In this document: piece after piece, positions 61,214 through 64,000 of the stretch
How positions within the stretch are numbered: position 1 is the first letter of the stretch
How the letters are laid out: the number at the start of each line of letters is the position of its first letter
From: Dehalococcoidia bacterium
Lineage (GTDB): Bacteria > Chloroflexota > Dehalococcoidia > Lucifugimonadales > UBA3495
Reading direction: 5' to 3'
Length of the DNA stretch: 64,000 nucleotides
NCBI GenBank assembly: GCA_034428795.1
Contig: DAOUHF010000071.1
Coordinates: 19,256-83,255 of the forward strand
The notes under the pieces: generated by a model
Told to the model about the DNA's origin: nothing
Databases searched by the model: none
What the model saw: only the letters and a program-made list of their open reading frames with translations
Translations under genes and position numbers: made by a program

Positions 61214-62091
61214 GGCTCAAACACCGCTCCCAGCAAATAATATACGGCGGGCAGGGCGAGGAGGATGCTGTCCATCCGGTCCAGTATTCCGCCGTGTCCC
61301 GGAATTATACTACCCGCGTCCTTGGCATTTGACAGTCGTTTCAGCCAAGATTCCAGCAGGTCTCCCGCTTGGGAGACAGCCCCCACTGTAGCACCAATGA
61401 CCGCCTGCTGCCACCCGGCCAGTCCCAGGTCCAGGAACAGGCCCACCAACAGCGCCGCCGCCACAGCCGCGGTGAACCCGCCGATGCTGCCCTCCCACGT
61501 CTTGTTGGGGCTGATGGACGGGGCCAATGGCGTCCGTCCCACCGCCCGTCCCACGGCGTAGGCCCCGGTGTCGGTGGCGAAGGTCATCAGCAGGCAAAAC
61601 AGCAGCCAGTTCCGTCCCAGCTCGCCGCCTCCGGGGATTTCCCGGAGCGCCAGACTGTGGGATAGCAGGAAGCCGGCGTAAAGAGGGCCCGCCAGCAGGT
61701 AGATGTAGCCGAGCACGTGGCGTTGACCGGCGTAGAAGGCGATGTACCAGAGGGTGACCGCGAAGGCGCCGGCGGCCAGCACGACACCCATAACCGTCAG
61801 GTAGCTCTCCAGACCGGACGACGCCTGCGCCGCCAGCAGTATGGCGGCAACCCAGGTTATGCCGAGGGCGGTGGGGAGAGGTCCGACGCCGGACGGCAGG
61901 AGGCGGTAGAATTCCCAGAGAGCGACCGCTCCCGCCGCGACGACCAGTATGGTGAGCCAGGGAGCGCCCAGCCAGACGGCGCCCAGGAGGATGGGCAGGC
62001 CCACCCCCGCCGTGATTAGTCTGAGTCGCAGATGCTCAGCCCTGGGAATCCACCCTGCCGTAACGCCGCCGGCGGTTGGCAAATGCCTCAA
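61210..62091 (-). CDS. cdsA: Phosphatidate cytidylyltransferase
   Basis: Multi-TM. SPNKTWEGSIGG, GHGGILDRMDS. The ATG at 62091 would overlap uppS by 56 nt, so the true start may be downstream (CTG just after the uppS stop). Confidence 0.85.
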   Translation of the reverse strand: MRHLPTAGGVTAGWIPRAEHLRLRLITAGVGLPILLGAVWLGAPWLTILVVAAGAVALWEFYRLLPSGVGPLPTALGITWVAAILLAAQASSGLESYLTVMGVVLAAGAFAVTLWYIAFYAGQRHVLGYIYLLAGPLYAGFLLSHSLALREIPGGGELGRNWLLFCLLMTFATDTGAYAVGRAVGRTPLAPSISPNKTWEGSIGGFTAAVAAALLVGLFLDLGLAGWQQAVIGATVGAVSQAGDLLESWLKRLSNAKDAGSIIPGHGGILDRMDSILLALPAVYYLLGAVFEP

Positions 62092-62872
62092 GAACGGTAT
62101 CCAACTCCTCGGTCCCGAGGTCGGGCCACAGGGTGGGGGTGTGGTAGTATTCGCTATAAGCCGATTGCCATAGCAGGAAGTTGCTGATGCGCTGCTCTCC
62201 GGCCGTCCGGACTATCAGGTCCGGATCGGGGCAATGGGCAGTGAACAGGTACCGGCTGAAGGTCTCTTCATCGACTTCTTCGGGAGTCAGGCCATCGCGG
62301 ATAATGCGGCGGACCGCTTCAGTGATCTCGGCGCGGCCACCGTAGTCTAAGGCGACGTTCAGGGTGACCGCCGTGTTGTTTCGGGTGAGTTCTTCCGCAT
62401 CGGCGATGGACTTCCCGAGCTCCGGGGCCATGTTGTCCTTCTGGCCCACGTGGACGATGCGCACGTTCTTCTCATGCAACTCAATGGTCTGGGCGCCGAC
62501 GGCCTCGGAGAAGATGTCCATAAGGCCTTCGACTTCGCCTTGAGGGCGCCGCCAGTTCTCTGTCGAGAAGGCGTAGATGGTGATGACCTTAACACCCTTG
62601 TCTCTAAGGGCTTCCAGGATGGCCTGGATCCGTTCAACTCCGGCCTGATGCCCCTCCAGCCGCGACAATCCCCGCCGCTGGGCCCAGCGGCCGTTGCCGT
62701 CCATGATGAAGGCGACGTGAACGGGTACAGTGGAGCCGCCTTGAATGGAGCCGTCTTGAATGGGGTGGCCTTGAGCCGATCTAACGGGCGAACCGCCAGC
62801 CGACCGGTCCGGCGACCGGCCTGCCAAGGGGTGCGGCAATTGATCCCGTGCCTGGTCCAACCCGGTCTTCAC
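62036..62872 (-). CDS. uppS: Isoprenyl transferase (undecaprenyl diphosphate synthase) with ~45-aa N-terminal extension
   Basis: HVAFIMDGNGRWA, FSTENWRRP, RTAGEQRISNFLLWQ. GTG start. Confidence 0.9.
   Translation of the reverse strand: MKTGLDQARDQLPHPLAGRSPDRSAGGSPVRSAQGHPIQDGSIQGGSTVPVHVAFIMDGNGRWAQRRGLSRLEGHQAGVERIQAILEALRDKGVKVITIYAFSTENWRRPQGEVEGLMDIFSEAVGAQTIELHEKNVRIVHVGQKDNMAPELGKSIADAEELTRNNTAVTLNVALDYGGRAEITEAVRRIIRDGLTPEEVDEETFSRYLFTAHCPDPDLIVRTAGEQRISNFLLWQSAYSEYYHTPTLWPDLGTEELDTVLEAFANRRRRYGRVDSQG
62732..62776 (-). repeat. 15-bp tandem repeat x3 in the 5' extension of uppS (encodes IQDGS/IQGGS-type units)
   Basis: ggRgYSgYcttgaRY x3, read directly. Confidence 0.85.
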
Positions 62873-62882
62873 CCGTGCCCGA

Positions 62883-63476
62883 TCACACCTGGCGTATTTC
62901 CGCCTCTTTCGCGGACCCCGTTTCGTCGATCCGTTTGCTGTGGCCGTCGGTCACCTTTTGCAACTGCTCCTGGGCCCGGCGGTTCTCATCCTGGGAGATT
63001 GCTTTATCCTTTTCCAGCTTTCGCAGCGTGTCCAACCCGTCCCGGCGCACGTTCCGGAGCGACACCTTGCCGTCTTCCACCTTCTTCTTGAGCAGCTTGA
63101 CCATTTCCTGGCGCCGGTCGTTGGTCAGGGCCGGGATCGGCACGGTGATGACTGCGCCGTCGTTGGAAGGGTTGAGGCCAAGGTCCGATTTTATCAGGCC
63201 CTTTTCGATTTCACGCAAAGAACCCCGGTCCCAGGGAGTCACCTGGATTGCCCGGGGGTCGGGGGCCGCTATGGAGGCGATTTGCTTCAGAGGAGTCGGC
63301 GCGCCGTAGTAGTCCACCGGCACGTTTTCGATCAGCGCCGGGGTGGCCCGCCCGGTCCGCAACTGGTTCAAGTCCCGTTTGAAGGCATCGAGCGTCCGGT
63401 CCATCTTGGTGTCCACTTCGCTCAATACCTGTTCCGGGGTTAAGTCAGGCTCGCTGTCCATCTCTTTTGGAGGCAT
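62883..63476 (-). CDS. frr: Ribosome recycling factor
   Basis: LRTGRATPALIENVPVDYYG, ITVPIPALT. ATG 63476 preferred. The track starts at TTG 63482, which overlaps the pyrH stop. Confidence 0.9.
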   Translation of the reverse strand: MPPKEMDSEPDLTPEQVLSEVDTKMDRTLDAFKRDLNQLRTGRATPALIENVPVDYYGAPTPLKQIASIAAPDPRAIQVTPWDRGSLREIEKGLIKSDLGLNPSNDGAVITVPIPALTNDRRQEMVKLLKKKVEDGKVSLRNVRRDGLDTLRKLEKDKAISQDENRRAQEQLQKVTDGHSKRIDETGSAKEAEIRQV

Positions 63477-63478
63477 GA

Positions 63479-64000
<522 letters not shown>

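Overview
High-GC bacterial chromosomal segment, densely packed with housekeeping genes. From left to right it holds: a CoxL-family Mo-enzyme fragment, a split B12 acyl-CoA mutase plus an acyl-CoA dehydrogenase, yceD-rpmF-fabD-nusB-acpP, a family-4 UDG, RNase J, FtsK, holA, glmS, a TreT-like glycosyltransferase, thrB-lysC, speH-speE, acs, an MFS pump, tRNA-Val, rplS, priA, def, cca, secDF, a four-gene overlapping repair cluster (amidohydrolase-mug-thpR-alkA), ffh, sbcC, proS, and the classical ispG-rseP-dxr-cdsA-uppS-frr-pyrH block. No rRNA, CRISPR array, transposase, integrase or prophage is visible. Lineage cannot be assigned from sequence alone; the gene content (split mutase, TreT-like, F420-type PPOX, PaREP1-like genes) is compatible with a Chloroflexota-like organism. 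Points worth a second look: (1) five copies of a TA-flanked, ~95-150 bp inverted-repeat MITE-like element at gene ends, two of which supply the host stop codon; (2) a lower-GC insert upstream of holA with two tandem paralogous ~111 aa proteins of unknown family and a possible 43 aa membrane peptide; (3) a 674 aa DapA-like + MfnB-like + TusA-like fusion preceded by a possible Cys-rich micro-ORF; (4) HEPN-type and defence-type genes flanking acs (PaREP1-like, a DUF262 remnant, an Abi_2/AbiD-like gene), plus a frameshifted PaREP1-like copy inside the isoprenoid/lipid cluster; (5) a 22/88-residue periodic repeat protein; (6) many short tandem duplications, several of them in frame inside essential genes (lysC, secD, cca, uppS). 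All family calls rest on motif recognition by eye. No searches were run.
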